Below, one piece after another: positions 54,003 to 63,789 of a stretch of 64,000 nucleotides of DNA (positions are counted from its first letter, which is position 1; each line of letters begins with the position of its first letter). The stretch covers positions 1,216,001-1,280,000 of the forward strand of contig OZ242358.1 of assembly GCA_965208835.1 (NCBI GenBank), given 5' to 3'. This DNA is from Candidatus Latescibacterota bacterium (lineage in GTDB: Bacteria; Latescibacterota; UBA2968; GCA-2709665). A model generated the notes under the pieces. It saw nothing but the letters and a program-made list of their open reading frames with translations. It was not told the origin of the DNA and made no database searches. The position numbers were made by a program, and so were the translations under genes.

Positions 54003-55004
54003 TCAACGCCCTTCGAAGAGGTTCCGGCCCTTTACGAGGGCTTCGATCTTTCGGTCGGCAACGTTGCGTTGCAGCATCCAGAAGCCGCAATCGGGATGGA
54101 CGCATGCGATTCGATCCGCCCCGAGGTGGCGGGCTGCGGCTTCGATGTCGGATGCGATTTCGTCAGGTGTCTCAACGATGTTTGATTTGATGTCGATTAC
54201 ACCGACTCCAATCCTTACGGAACCGGGAAGATCCTTCAGGCATGCAGCCTGTTCGATGCCCCAGCGTTTGAATTCGAGGACCAGATGGTCCGCCCTCAAC
54301 GCTGCGAGATACGGAACCAGTTCCTGCCAGGTGCCGTGCTGAACGGTCTGGCCGCCGTAGTTCCCAAAGCAGACGTGTACGGCTTTTTCTCCTGTGACCT
54401 CGTCGAGTACGGCGTTCAACGCACGGGCGGCCCAGGCGGCTTCTTCGGGGTGTCCGGGGATATTGGCTTCGTCGATCTGTATCACGTCCGCGTCGATGTC
54501 GGCAACCTGCCTGGCGAAGAGTTCCCCCAGCGCCGTGGCCGCGGCCTCGGGATTTCCATAGTGGCGATCCAAAAGGACTTTGCTGAGCATGTGCGGACCG
54601 GTGAGGGTGAATTTGAGCTTCGACCGGGTCAGAGGCCGGACCATCCGGTAGTCTCCGGGCAGATTGAGCGTGCCTTCGTCAAGCTCTCGCTCGATCAGGC
54701 CCGCGGGATCCGCGCGATAGGTGAGGCCCGCATCCGCGCGAAACGCATTCAGGTCCTCACGTCCGAATCGGGTCGTTATACCGCCCAGTCTTCGCGAGAA
54801 ATAGTCAATCATGCCGTTGGTTTCAGGATGATTGACGTCGAACCGGTAGAGTTCGCCGTCCGTGACAACGTCTATTCCCGCGTCTTCCTGGGTCTTGAAC
54901 ACGACCCGTATGGCGTCGATCAGTGTCTGTCGGGAGGGAGAATCTCGCAGCCAGTCCGGTACGGGATAGCTGCCGACGAGGGTGGTGAGGATACGGTGGG
55001 GCAT
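54003..55004 (-). CDS. Cobalamin-independent methionine synthase II family ('core' MetE C-terminal-only)
   Basis: TTLVGSYPVP, QEDAGIDVVTDGE, KFTLTGP, IQIDE, Zn ligands HVC...E...PDCG; 333 aa, no N-terminal folate barrel. Confidence 0.88.
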   Translation of the reverse strand: MPHRILTTLVGSYPVPDWLRDSPSRQTLIDAIRVVFKTQEDAGIDVVTDGELYRFDVNHPETNGMIDYFSRRLGGITTRFGREDLNAFRADAGLTYRADPAGLIERELDEGTLNLPGDYRMVRPLTRSKLKFTLTGPHMLSKVLLDRHYGNPEAAATALGELFARQVADIDADVIQIDEANIPGHPEEAAWAARALNAVLDEVTGEKAVHVCFGNYGGQTVQHGTWQELVPYLAALRADHLVLEFKRWGIEQAACLKDLPGSVRIGVGVIDIKSNIVETPDEIASDIEAAARHLGADRIACVHPDCGFWMLQRNVADRKIEALVKGRNLFEGR

Positions 55005-55047
55005 GGGCGAGTTTTTCGCGGGAAATCCCGGCTTGCTGCTGGTGGGT

Positions 55048-56247
55048 TCACTGTTCGCGTTGTTTCCGCGGTCTCAACTCCTGTCGAATCATATCCAGCC
55101 GGGTACGGTTTGCCGGGTCGGGACTTCGCAGGGCTTCCATCACGAATGCGACCAGGATGCTCAGGAGCAAGCTCAGGCCGGCGGCAGTGCCAACCATCAG
55201 CGTGCGCCGCGGACGGCTTCGGAAGTCGGGTGGCACTGCCGGGTCCAAAACCACGACCAGGGAGGTTTCCTTTTTTTCTTCAAAGCTGCTTTTTTCGTAT
55301 TCCTGAAGTACGAACTGGTAGATCAGATTTCGAATCTCCATCTCGCGCATCAATCGCAGCGCCTGAAGTCCCAGGTCCGGGATCTTATCCATCGGGAGCA
55401 TGATGCCGGGCATTTCGGAAACTCTGCGGCCGCCGGTGTCGGGATCGGATCCCGTAAGGATGCCCTCCAGCGCCTCTCTTGCGCCCTCGATTTCGATATC
55501 CAGTTGCCTGACCCTGCTGTTGTCCGGATTCATCTGAAGGGCGGCGATTTCGCGGCGGATCAACATCTCGCCAAGCGTTGAGGTGATAAGGGAGGAGTAG
55601 GCGTCTATTTGCGCTTTGGTCTGGCTCTCGATGTCGATGGCCGAATGTTCCTTCTGAAACGCGTTGTAGGCGTGTTCGGCTTCCATCATACTGCGTTCGG
55701 CCTGCGCCAGGCGCTTTTCCAGATAGCTACGGAGGTCGCGCGCCTGTTGTTCACGCCGGTGCCTCAGCGCAGAATCGAGTTCTTCAACGAATGCATTGGT
55801 AATCTCCGCGGCCGCTTCCGGTGTCTCCGCCTCGTAGGATACGGTCAGGAATTGTTCGCGCGAGAGTTCCACTTCCAGCCGGTCGTCGACCATCTGGTGG
55901 AGTTCCTCGCGGGTTTCGGCGTCGTATGCTTCCTGAAGATTGAAACGGCGGATGATGGCTTCGGCTACGCGCTGGCTTTTGAGGATGGGCACGAATTCCG
56001 TAGCCGAAACGACGTTTTCCCCGATGCCCAGCATCCCCACCGGCAGTTTTTCGAGAATGGCGGAGATCCCCAGCGTTCCCTGGCTCTCGCTGGGCGGAAA
56101 GAGAACGGCGCTTGCGCGGTAGACCGGGGTGATGATCAGACTGAGGCCCGCCGTAACTACGGTTACTGTGATACAGGAGACGAGTATCAATCGTCGCCTG
56201 CGGACGAGGACGGCCAGATGATCGAGGAAGTTCTTTTCGGGTTCCAT
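55048..56247 (-). CDS. Wzz/GumC-family polysaccharide chain-length determinant
   Basis: N- and C-terminal TM segments, coiled coil, VVLDPAVPP..SRPRR motif. Confidence 0.85.
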   Translation of the reverse strand: MEPEKNFLDHLAVLVRRRRLILVSCITVTVVTAGLSLIITPVYRASAVLFPPSESQGTLGISAILEKLPVGMLGIGENVVSATEFVPILKSQRVAEAIIRRFNLQEAYDAETREELHQMVDDRLEVELSREQFLTVSYEAETPEAAAEITNAFVEELDSALRHRREQQARDLRSYLEKRLAQAERSMMEAEHAYNAFQKEHSAIDIESQTKAQIDAYSSLITSTLGEMLIRREIAALQMNPDNSRVRQLDIEIEGAREALEGILTGSDPDTGGRRVSEMPGIMLPMDKIPDLGLQALRLMREMEIRNLIYQFVLQEYEKSSFEEKKETSLVVVLDPAVPPDFRSRPRRTLMVGTAAGLSLLLSILVAFVMEALRSPDPANRTRLDMIRQELRPRKQREQ

Positions 56248-56564
56248 TATCCTTGATTCGTGTATTTTCGTGGAGGTTTAATCGATAATATGCAAATTGA
56301 CAAAGGCGATTGAACTGCGGATTGCCAGGATACACCAGGTCGCTGGAAGTGAACAGGACCTCTCCACCCGGCCCGTCAGAAGCGGGTAGACGGGAGACGG
56401 AAGAGGGTAGAGATTACCTGCCTTGTGAGGATTCTTATCGTGCCGAAGGCAAGCAGGAAGAACATACCGGGCCTGGCTTCTTCTCCCGTCTCACCTCTAC
56501 CGTCTACCCGCATTCAAGCTATTTGTTGCCGATTTAACCGTAGTCAATTTTTGAATTGGGGTTA
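56248..56564. mobile_element. MITE family C copy 3 carrying nested D copy 3
   Basis: TATCCTTGATTCG...TGAATTGGGGTTA ends; fills the entire gap between the SLBB gene stop and the Wzz ATG. Confidence 0.8.
56382..56511. mobile_element. Repeat family D copy 3
   Basis: Perfect 12-bp TIR GCGGGTAGACGG / CCGTCTACCCGC. Confidence 0.85.
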
Positions 56565-58241
56565 ACGGCTGATGCTCCGTACCGCAATGACCAGAGCGGC
56601 CACCTGTGAAAGTACCACCAGCGTCTCGCGGAAGAGTCGCCAGCCGTGCACGGGTTTCCTGCCCATGACGAAAATCGTGTCTCCGGGATTGACGTGCTGG
56701 ACCCTGGTGGCTTTCGTCCAGTTACCGGTGCTGCCCTGTATCACGTATATTTCGCCTCTTTCGGCCTGTTCGTTCAACCCGCCCGCCCTGCTGATGTAGT
56801 CCTGAACGCCGAGATCCGGTTCGTAGGGAACGGCGCCTGGGGTGATGACGTATCCGTTGACCGCAACCGATGGTACGAGCTTAGGGATCCTCACAATATC
56901 CCCTTCTCTGAGCAGGATGTTCTGCGAATCGTCCCTTTTCTCGAAGAGAGCGGCAAAGTCGACCGGCAGGCGTCCCGACATCTGCTGCTTCTGCATAGCA
57001 ATATAGGTCCGCTGGGCGTCGGTCAGGCTGATGGGGCCAACACTCTGGAGCTGCTTCGGTCCGGTCACCCCTTTAGGAAACTCGACTCGGCGGACCACGA
57101 TGGATTGGGCGAGAGAGGCTTTGGACGTGAATCCGCCGGCTTTCTTGATCAGTTTCTTGAGCGTCATCCCGTCACTTATGAAATAGGTTCCGGGGAAGTA
57201 GACCTCGCCCTCGATGGTGACCCGCCTCTCCTTTACGGCCACGTGGAGCTTGTCTCCCGCGCGTAGAGGCAGGTTCGCATCGGCGTCGCCGGCCAATGCC
57301 TGAGAAAGCCGGATGGCGTTTCGCTCTTCGCGTCCTTCCGCAAAAAAGGTACGGAGCAGTTCAGCGCTGGCGGTCGATGCATCGCCGTGCAATCCCCCGG
57401 CCAGTGCGATCAGATCGGAAACACGGTCGCCGGAGACGAATTCGTAGCTGCCGGGCTTATAGACCGCGCCCGATATGCGCGCGGAGTCGGTAAGCGCGGG
57501 CACAAAGATCTGGTCACCATCGAGCAGGAAGGGGTTGTGGGCGATATCGCCCGAAAGCCGCCACAGGGCGAGGTCCGCGCTTCGTTCCGTATCCATCGGC
57601 TTGCCGAGTTCGGAGAGCCGCTGAATCCGGATATTCCGGTTTGAAGCCCTGCCGTCTGGAGGTTTGAGCAGCCCGCCAGCCTGGCTGATGAGTTCGGAAA
57701 CCTGCTCGGTTCCCTCCACCATGTAGGTGCCGGGATGGGCGACCTGCCCCACGACGTTGACGGGGAAACTGCGCAGCCGTGTGAGAGAGATCTGAATGTC
57801 GAGCCGGTTCAGGCGGTCGCTGACCACTTCCTGAATCCTGCTTCGGCTCTCTCCGAGGTTGAGACCGGCCAGCTGGATGGCGCCGACGTACGGAATGACC
57901 AGCTTGCCTTCCGCATTGACAAGAACCGGGTAGGTCACCGGCTCTTCACCGGCTTCGATATGGATGCTGAAGGTATCGCCGGGACCGACAATGTATCGTT
58001 CGGATCGGATAATGGCGTCGTATGCAATTTTTCCGATCCACTTCACGTCCAGGCCCTGCATCTCGTCCGGTTGAAGCGTTGCGCCGACCGGTTTGCGATC
58101 TGACCTCCTGCGGCCGAGTTCCCTCTTGGGACCGGATTGCGCGAACAGCATCACGGGTTCAGAAACGAGCCCGCAGGTAAGCACGATCGCAATCAGCCGC
58201 ACGGCGAGAGACGGCTTGCGATAGGAGAAAACCCCTGTCAT
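56562..58241 (-). CDS. SLBB-domain polysaccharide export protein (Wza/KpsD-like)
   Basis: YIVGPGD, IPYVG.I.LAGL, repeated V.G.V..PG.Y...LI..AGG SLBB units. Confidence 0.88.
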   Translation of the reverse strand: MTGVFSYRKPSLAVRLIAIVLTCGLVSEPVMLFAQSGPKRELGRRRSDRKPVGATLQPDEMQGLDVKWIGKIAYDAIIRSERYIVGPGDTFSIHIEAGEEPVTYPVLVNAEGKLVIPYVGAIQLAGLNLGESRSRIQEVVSDRLNRLDIQISLTRLRSFPVNVVGQVAHPGTYMVEGTEQVSELISQAGGLLKPPDGRASNRNIRIQRLSELGKPMDTERSADLALWRLSGDIAHNPFLLDGDQIFVPALTDSARISGAVYKPGSYEFVSGDRVSDLIALAGGLHGDASTASAELLRTFFAEGREERNAIRLSQALAGDADANLPLRAGDKLHVAVKERRVTIEGEVYFPGTYFISDGMTLKKLIKKAGGFTSKASLAQSIVVRRVEFPKGVTGPKQLQSVGPISLTDAQRTYIAMQKQQMSGRLPVDFAALFEKRDDSQNILLREGDIVRIPKLVPSVAVNGYVITPGAVPYEPDLGVQDYISRAGGLNEQAERGEIYVIQGSTGNWTKATRVQHVNPGDTIFVMGRKPVHGWRLFRETLVVLSQVAALVIAVRSISR

Positions 58242-59140
58242 TCTGTGGTTACCCCGTCCCGATCGACACGCAGGACGTCGGTGTCGACCTGTATGTCCTG
58301 TCGCTCCCAGGCATTTTTCATGGCGCTTGCTATACTCGCAGCGTCATCGGTTGCAAAGGCCAGCAACGACGGTCCGGCGCCGCTCAGGCATGCGCCCATG
58401 GCACCTGCTTCTTCCGCTGCCTCGAGTACGTGGCCGATTCCCGGCACGAGCGATGCCCGGTAGGGCTGGTGGAGGCGGTCCCTCATCGCGGATCTCAGAG
58501 CGGGCAGGTCTCCGCTCATCAGCGCTGCCGTAACCAGGCATGCGCGTCCCACGTTGAACACCGCGTCCCGGTGCGGCACCTGTTCCGGAAGGACCGCTCG
58601 TGCGGCTTCCGTTTTAAGTTCAAAGCGGGGAACCGCGACGACCGCGCGAAGTTCCCGCGGCGGCAGGGCACGGATTGTTTCGACCCGACCGTTTTCGCAG
58701 GAGCAAATGACGAGGCCGCCCAGAAGACAGGGCGCGACGTTATCGGGATGACCCTCCAGTTCCGCGGCGAGATCGAGCAGGGCGCGTTCCGACATGAACT
58801 CGCCCAAAAGCAGGTTGGCCGCGTAGACCCCGGCCGCGATGGCGGTGGAACTGCTGCCCAGCCCGCGGGAGAGCGGCACGCCATTGTGCATCTCCACATC
58901 CAGCCCGGGCAGGGTTCGGCCCGCGCGCCGCGCGGCCGCGTCGGCCGATCGGAAGAACAGGTTGGATTCGTCCAACGGGAGTTTCCCGACGCCTTTCCCG
59001 GTAATGCACATCCGCCTGCGCCGGTCATTGGATACGGTTCGAATGACGACCCGGTTGTAGATGGTCAGAGCAAGGCCGAGCGCGTCGAATCCGGGACCCA
59101 GGTTGGACGTGGAGCCGGGCGCTCTCAGGCGGATTTCCAT
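58238..59140 (-). CDS. thrB: Homoserine kinase
   Basis: APGSTSNLGPGFDALGLAL, VPLSRGLGSSS, EGHPDN, DRLHQPYR, LSGAGPS. Confidence 0.97.
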   Translation of the reverse strand: MEIRLRAPGSTSNLGPGFDALGLALTIYNRVVIRTVSNDRRRRMCITGKGVGKLPLDESNLFFRSADAAARRAGRTLPGLDVEMHNGVPLSRGLGSSSTAIAAGVYAANLLLGEFMSERALLDLAAELEGHPDNVAPCLLGGLVICSCENGRVETIRALPPRELRAVVAVPRFELKTEAARAVLPEQVPHRDAVFNVGRACLVTAALMSGDLPALRSAMRDRLHQPYRASLVPGIGHVLEAAEEAGAMGACLSGAGPSLLAFATDDAASIASAMKNAWERQDIQVDTDVLRVDRDGVTTE

Positions 59141-60243
59141 TCCGTCCCCCTGAGAAGCTCCGCACAGACCAGATCCGCCAGCAGGAGTCCGCGGCGGGTG
59201 AGCCGGACACGCCCGTCGCCGCGTTCCAAAAGGTGATCGGGAATGAAGGTGTTCCGTCCGCCTTCTGGGCCTAACAGCCTCTCGGGTATGCCGCTGGTGC
59301 GGCGGAGACCGAGCATTACCTGTTCCATGCGCCTTTCGCGTGAGGAGATTGCCTCTTCCTCTTCAACGGCGGTACCCGAAGATTCCACACTCCTTATATA
59401 CGCCATGAGCGGGCGGATGTTCCAGGTCCGGCGGTCATTGACGAAGGAATGGGCGGAAAGCCCTATGCCAAGATACGCGCGCCTTTCCCAGCAGGCGATA
59501 TTGTGACGGCAGGCAAAACCGGGCTGTGCGAAGTTTGAGACCTCGTACTGGACGTAGCCGGCCTCGCTCAGCTTTTCCTGTGCGTTTTCGTACATTTCCG
59601 CCTGAGCTTCTTCGGGAGGAAGCGGCAAGCGGCCTTTCTTCAATCTGCGGCCGAATGCGGTGACCGGCTCGATGGTCAGCCCGTAAACGGAGACGTGTTC
59701 GGGAGAAAGGTCTATGGCCCGGTCCAAAGTTTCGCGCCACACGGATACCGTTTGTCGAGGCGCGGAGAACATCAGGTCGATATTGAGGTTGCTGAAGCCG
59801 GCCCGGCGCGCGGCGCCGACCGCCGCCTCGGCTTCGGCGGGCGAGTGCCGCCTGCCCAGCGCCCTGAGCGTGGAACTGTCCAGCGCCTGTACGCCCAGGC
59901 TGAGGCGGTTGATGCCCATAGCAGCCATCTCTGCAAACCGCGATCGGTCCTCGGGATTGGCTTCGGCGGAGATCTCTGCATCGTGCGCGAACGTGGAAAG
60001 CGTCCGTGCCGTATCCAGAATCCGGTTCAGCGAGTCCGGCGGAATCTCGGAAGGCGTGCCGCCGCCCAAATAGACCGTCTGGAGTACAGTGGTGGCGCCC
60101 ATCTGCGGGAGCCGGGTCCGGAACTCTCGGATGACTGCCGCCATGTACCGGTCCGCCAGGTGCGTCTTGCCGACGTCGAAAGCGAAGTCGCAGTAGGGAC
60201 ACCTGGATTTACAGAACGGAATGTGAACGTAGAGACTGGACAT
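59125..60243 (-). CDS. hemW: Radical SAM heme chaperone
   Basis: LYVHIPFCKSRCPYCDF, YLGGGTPS, EANP, NRLSLGVQ, YEVSNFA, HNxxxW-like CRHNIACW. Confidence 0.9.
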   Translation of the reverse strand: MSSLYVHIPFCKSRCPYCDFAFDVGKTHLADRYMAAVIREFRTRLPQMGATTVLQTVYLGGGTPSEIPPDSLNRILDTARTLSTFAHDAEISAEANPEDRSRFAEMAAMGINRLSLGVQALDSSTLRALGRRHSPAEAEAAVGAARRAGFSNLNIDLMFSAPRQTVSVWRETLDRAIDLSPEHVSVYGLTIEPVTAFGRRLKKGRLPLPPEEAQAEMYENAQEKLSEAGYVQYEVSNFAQPGFACRHNIACWERRAYLGIGLSAHSFVNDRRTWNIRPLMAYIRSVESSGTAVEEEEAISSRERRMEQVMLGLRRTSGIPERLLGPEGGRNTFIPDHLLERGDGRVRLTRRGLLLADLVCAELLRGTEWKSA

Positions 60244-60351
60244 AAGGCAACCGGAAGCTGCACGAGCAGCCATCAGCTCTCAGCCGTCAGCCAAAACCCG
60301 GTTTACGATACGGTCAAGCGACGCAAATCAACGATATCCGCGCAACTTCGA

Positions 60352-60377
60352 AGGGCAACCACAAGGGTAGCCCCTAC
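60352..60377 (-). repeat. GTAG-family REP element
   Basis: Minus strand GTAGGGGCTACCCTTGTGGTTGCCCT: GTAG head plus imperfect palindrome. Confidence 0.65.
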
Positions 60378-60424
60378 AAATGCAACTGAGGCGCGGGGTG
60401 GTATCAATAAGACAGTGTCCAGAT

Positions 60425-60534
60425 CCAGCGCCTTCAACCTGAGCCGCCCCCTGAGCCTGTCGAAGGGTCGGCGAAAGTCGTAATGGAATGCCAAACAGAT
60501 TACGAAACTCGGGCATTTCGACAAGCTCAATGAC
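60425..60534. repeat. Repeat family E copy 1 (CTGAGCCTGTCGAAGG...TTCGACAAGCTCA)
   Basis: ~110 bp with inverted core; direct homolog at 63307-63416. Confidence 0.8.
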
Positions 60535-60669
60535 CACGATTCGATAGGCCGCTTTGGACTGTTCAACACGAAGCGTGCAAACGACGCAGCGAGAATTGAT
60601 GAATCGGCCGAAAAATGGTGACCTGTAACCGGCACCGAACACAAGAACGGATGGAACCGTGAGACGTTG

Positions 60670-61431
60670 TCATTTAACAATCCGTCCGATACGGCTCCAC
60701 CGTGCGCGGCTGAAGCCATGAATCAGGTTATAGACGGCAATTTTGGGAATCGAAAGGATGTTCTCGAACGCCGGAGCCCCGGAGTCCGGCGCCCACGACC
60801 AGTAGATGATGTTCGCCTGCGCCCGGACACGCCTTTTATCCAGAAAGCCCCAACTGCGGCTGTCTTCACTGTTGTCACGGTTGTCTCCCATGACGAAATA
60901 GTGGCCTTCGGGAACCCTCGAGAGTTGCATGTTGTCGCGAGCCCCGCCGGGTGTCGAAACCGGCAGGATGACCGGGTCCACGTATTTGGAAAGCGGTGGA
61001 TCCACGGTGCGTTTTCCATCGACGTAGAGGATCTTGTCCCGGATTTCGACTTCCTGTCCGGGCCCCGCCACCACGCGCTTTATAAAGTCCCTTTCCGGAT
61101 TCTTAGGATACTCGAAAATGACGATATCCCCGGGTTCGGGATTCCTGAAACCCGGGAGCCGCACGCCTGTGAAGGGAATCCTGGCGCCGTAGACGATCTT
61201 GTTTGCCAGCAGAAAGTCGCCTATCAGCAGCGTGTTTTCCATGGAACCCGTGGGAATGCTGAAGGCCTGGACGACAAAGGTTCGCAGAAAAAGCGCCAGG
61301 GCGACGGCCACCAGAATGGCTTCGAGATATTCTCTGGCCACGGACTTCTTCCCCTTTCGGGTCCTTCCCTTCCGCGCCTTCCTGACAGGGGCCTTTTTCC
61401 GGGTTCTCGTGCGTCGTGCAGGTTTGACCAT
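60670..61431 (-). CDS. lepB: Signal peptidase I
   Basis: FSIPTGSMENTL, GDIVIF, FIKRVV, YFVMGDNRDNSEDSRSWG. Confidence 0.97.
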   Translation of the reverse strand: MVKPARRTRTRKKAPVRKARKGRTRKGKKSVAREYLEAILVAVALALFLRTFVVQAFSIPTGSMENTLLIGDFLLANKIVYGARIPFTGVRLPGFRNPEPGDIVIFEYPKNPERDFIKRVVAGPGQEVEIRDKILYVDGKRTVDPPLSKYVDPVILPVSTPGGARDNMQLSRVPEGHYFVMGDNRDNSEDSRSWGFLDKRRVRAQANIIYWSWAPDSGAPAFENILSIPKIAVYNLIHGFSRARWSRIGRIVK

Positions 61432-61468
61432 TTGTCTGGTCTTTCGGCTCGGTGGCCGTGGGTTTCTT

Positions 61469-63268
61469 CTACATTTCCATACGCAGGACGGCGAGGAATG
61501 CCTCCTGTGGAATCTCGATGTTTCCCACCTGCTTCATCCTTCGTTTCCCTTCCCGCTGTCTTTCCAGCAGCTTGCGCTTTCTGGTCACGTCTCCACCGTA
61601 ACACTTCGCCGTGACGTTTTTCCGGAAGGGGCGCACGGATGTTCTCGAGATGATCTTTCTGCCGATGGCGGCCTGGATGACAACCTCGAACATCTGTCGC
61701 GGAATGAGTTCCTTGAGTTTGGAACAGATTGCCCGTCCCCACTCGTATGCTTTGTCGCGATGCACAACGGCGGACAGAGCGTCGACGGGGTCTTCATTGA
61801 TGAGCAGGTCGAGCTTCACCAGGTCGGCGGCCCGGTGTTCCTTGTATTCGTAGTCGAAAGAGGCGTACCCTCGACTGACGGATTTCAGGCGGTCGTAAAA
61901 GTCGAGTACGATTTCGGAAAGGGGGAGTTCGTAACGCAGCAGGGCGCGTGTCGGATCCACGAACTCGGTGGTAATATAGATTCCCCTGCGGTCCTGGGCA
62001 ACCTGCATGGCCGCGCCGATGTATTCAGCCGGAACCAGAATCTGTGCGTTGAGTAAGGGTTCCGCTATTTCTTCGATCTGAACGGCCGGCGGCATTTCGG
62101 CGGGATTGTGCACGACTTCGACGTCCCCGTTGGTGAGCAGCACTTCATACTCCACGTTGGGAACCGTTGTGATGATGTCCATGTCGAATTCCCGGGCGAG
62201 GCGCTCCTGTACGATCTCCATGTGAAGCAGGCCCAGGAAGCCGCAGCGGAAGCCGAACCCCAGTGCCGTAGACGTCTCAGGCTCGAAACGGAGCGACGCA
62301 TCGTTCAGGCGCAATTTCTCCAGGGCGGTTCGGAGTTCGGTATAGTCTTCCGCGTCGACCGGATAGACGCCGGAAAAGACCATGGGCTTGACTTCCTGGT
62401 ACCCTGGCAAGGGTTCCCCGGCGGGGTGGCTGCACCCGGTAACGGTGTCTCCCATGTGGAGTTCTTCCAGATCCTTCACGCCCGCGATGAGATAGCCGAC
62501 TTCTCCGGCATGCAGCGCACCGGTCTTGACGCGCTTGAGTTGAAGCACACCAATTTCCTCGGCTTCGAACTCTCGCCCCGTTGAGAAAAACCGAATGGGC
62601 ATGCCGGTCTGCAGACTGCCCTGGAATACGCGGACCGAGGCGACAGCCCCGCGGTACCGGTCGAAGATCGAGTCGAATATCAGGGCCTGGAGTTCCGCAT
62701 CCGGATCGCCCTTCGGCGGTGGAATCAGGTCGATGATCGCCTGCAGCACGCCCTCGACGCCAACGCCCTCTTTGGCGCTTATCTTGTGGATTTCGGACTC
62801 TTCGACACCCAGGAGGTCGTGGATCTGCAGGACCACCCGGTCCACGTCAACGTTGGGCAGATCGATCTTGTTGATAACCGGGATGATCTCGAGGTCCTGA
62901 TCCAGCGCGAGCAGCACGTTGCTGATCGTCTGCGCCTCCACGCCCTGCGCGGCGTCTACCAGGAGGAGCGCGCCTTCGCAGGCAGCCAGGCTTCGGGAAA
63001 CCTCGTAAGAAAAATCGACGTGTCCAGGTGTGTCGATGAGGTTGAGGGTGTATCTCCGACCGTCGGGACGCACGTACTCCATCCGGACGGCGTGCGACTT
63101 GATGGTAATGCCGCGTTCTCTTTCCAGGTCCATATCGTCCAGAACCTGGTCCACCATCTCATTCTGAGAAAGGGTCGAGGTCGTTTCCAGGAGGCGGTCA
63201 GCCAGGGTCGACTTGCCGTGGTCGATGTGGGCGATGATGCAGAAGTTTCTGATATTCCGGGTATTCAT
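61469..63268 (-). CDS. lepA: Translation elongation factor 4
   Basis: [54 protein letters not shown]; true start ATG 63268. Confidence 0.98.
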   Translation of the reverse strand: MNTRNIRNFCIIAHIDHGKSTLADRLLETTSTLSQNEMVDQVLDDMDLERERGITIKSHAVRMEYVRPDGRRYTLNLIDTPGHVDFSYEVSRSLAACEGALLLVDAAQGVEAQTISNVLLALDQDLEIIPVINKIDLPNVDVDRVVLQIHDLLGVEESEIHKISAKEGVGVEGVLQAIIDLIPPPKGDPDAELQALIFDSIFDRYRGAVASVRVFQGSLQTGMPIRFFSTGREFEAEEIGVLQLKRVKTGALHAGEVGYLIAGVKDLEELHMGDTVTGCSHPAGEPLPGYQEVKPMVFSGVYPVDAEDYTELRTALEKLRLNDASLRFEPETSTALGFGFRCGFLGLLHMEIVQERLAREFDMDIITTVPNVEYEVLLTNGDVEVVHNPAEMPPAVQIEEIAEPLLNAQILVPAEYIGAAMQVAQDRRGIYITTEFVDPTRALLRYELPLSEIVLDFYDRLKSVSRGYASFDYEYKEHRAADLVKLDLLINEDPVDALSAVVHRDKAYEWGRAICSKLKELIPRQMFEVVIQAAIGRKIISRTSVRPFRKNVTAKCYGGDVTRKRKLLERQREGKRRMKQVGNIEIPQEAFLAVLRMEM

Positions 63269-63306
63269 ACACGGGAAACGCTGTAACTGACGTCCCATCC
63301 CTGGAG

Positions 63307-63416
63307 CCGGCGCCTGCGACCTGAGCCGCTCCCTGAGCTTGTCGAAGGGTCGGCGAAGGGTGTTGAAGAGGGCCTCACAGGTTACGAAACGCGGGCATTT
63401 CGACAAGCTCAATGAA
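63307..63416. repeat. Repeat family E copy 2, in the lepA 5' leader
   Basis: CTGAGCTTGTCGAAGG...TTCGACAAGCTCA; homologous to 60425-60534. Confidence 0.8.
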
Positions 63417-63552
63417 CGCGTTTCTGCGAGGTCTGCCCAATGCAGCGAGGCGGGACGAAACGGCGGAAGTGGGCGGTATATTTCTGTGTCGGGACATTAT
63501 TTACAACTTCAAAAAATTCAACCGTCTACACACGCATTGTATAGAAGGCTAG

Positions 63553-63581
63553 AATATACTCTGTTAGGGGATTGAAGTCAA
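63553..63581 (-). promoter_or_regulatory. Sigma70 promoter for the lepA operon
   Basis: TTGACT-17 bp-TATATT on the minus strand. Confidence 0.65.
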
Positions 63582-63710
63582 CCGCTGAAGGGGAAATGCC
63601 AAGGTTCCTACAGCCCGGACGACAGGTTTTCGACGATGGGACGGAAGATCGGACGGGGCCTGGGAGGATCGAGGGACGTTATCAGGCACCGGCTCTTGGG
63701 CGCAAAGGGG

Positions 63711-63740
63711 TTGACACTGCTGGAAACCCGGCGGTATATT
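63711..63740 (+). promoter_or_regulatory. Sigma70 promoter
   Basis: TTGACA-18 bp-TATATT upstream of ATG 63790. Confidence 0.6.
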
Positions 63741-63789
63741 TCGGAATGTTGAGAAAAACTGCAACGGACAACGAGAGGAAGCAGCATCT

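Noticed and set aside
63269-63412. 48-aa N-terminal extension of LepA (and similar extensions at 15500, 17778, 10522, 34462)
   Set aside because: Extensions are translations of repeats, upstream genes or intergenic DNA; downstream starts with RBS or family-typical N-termini fit better
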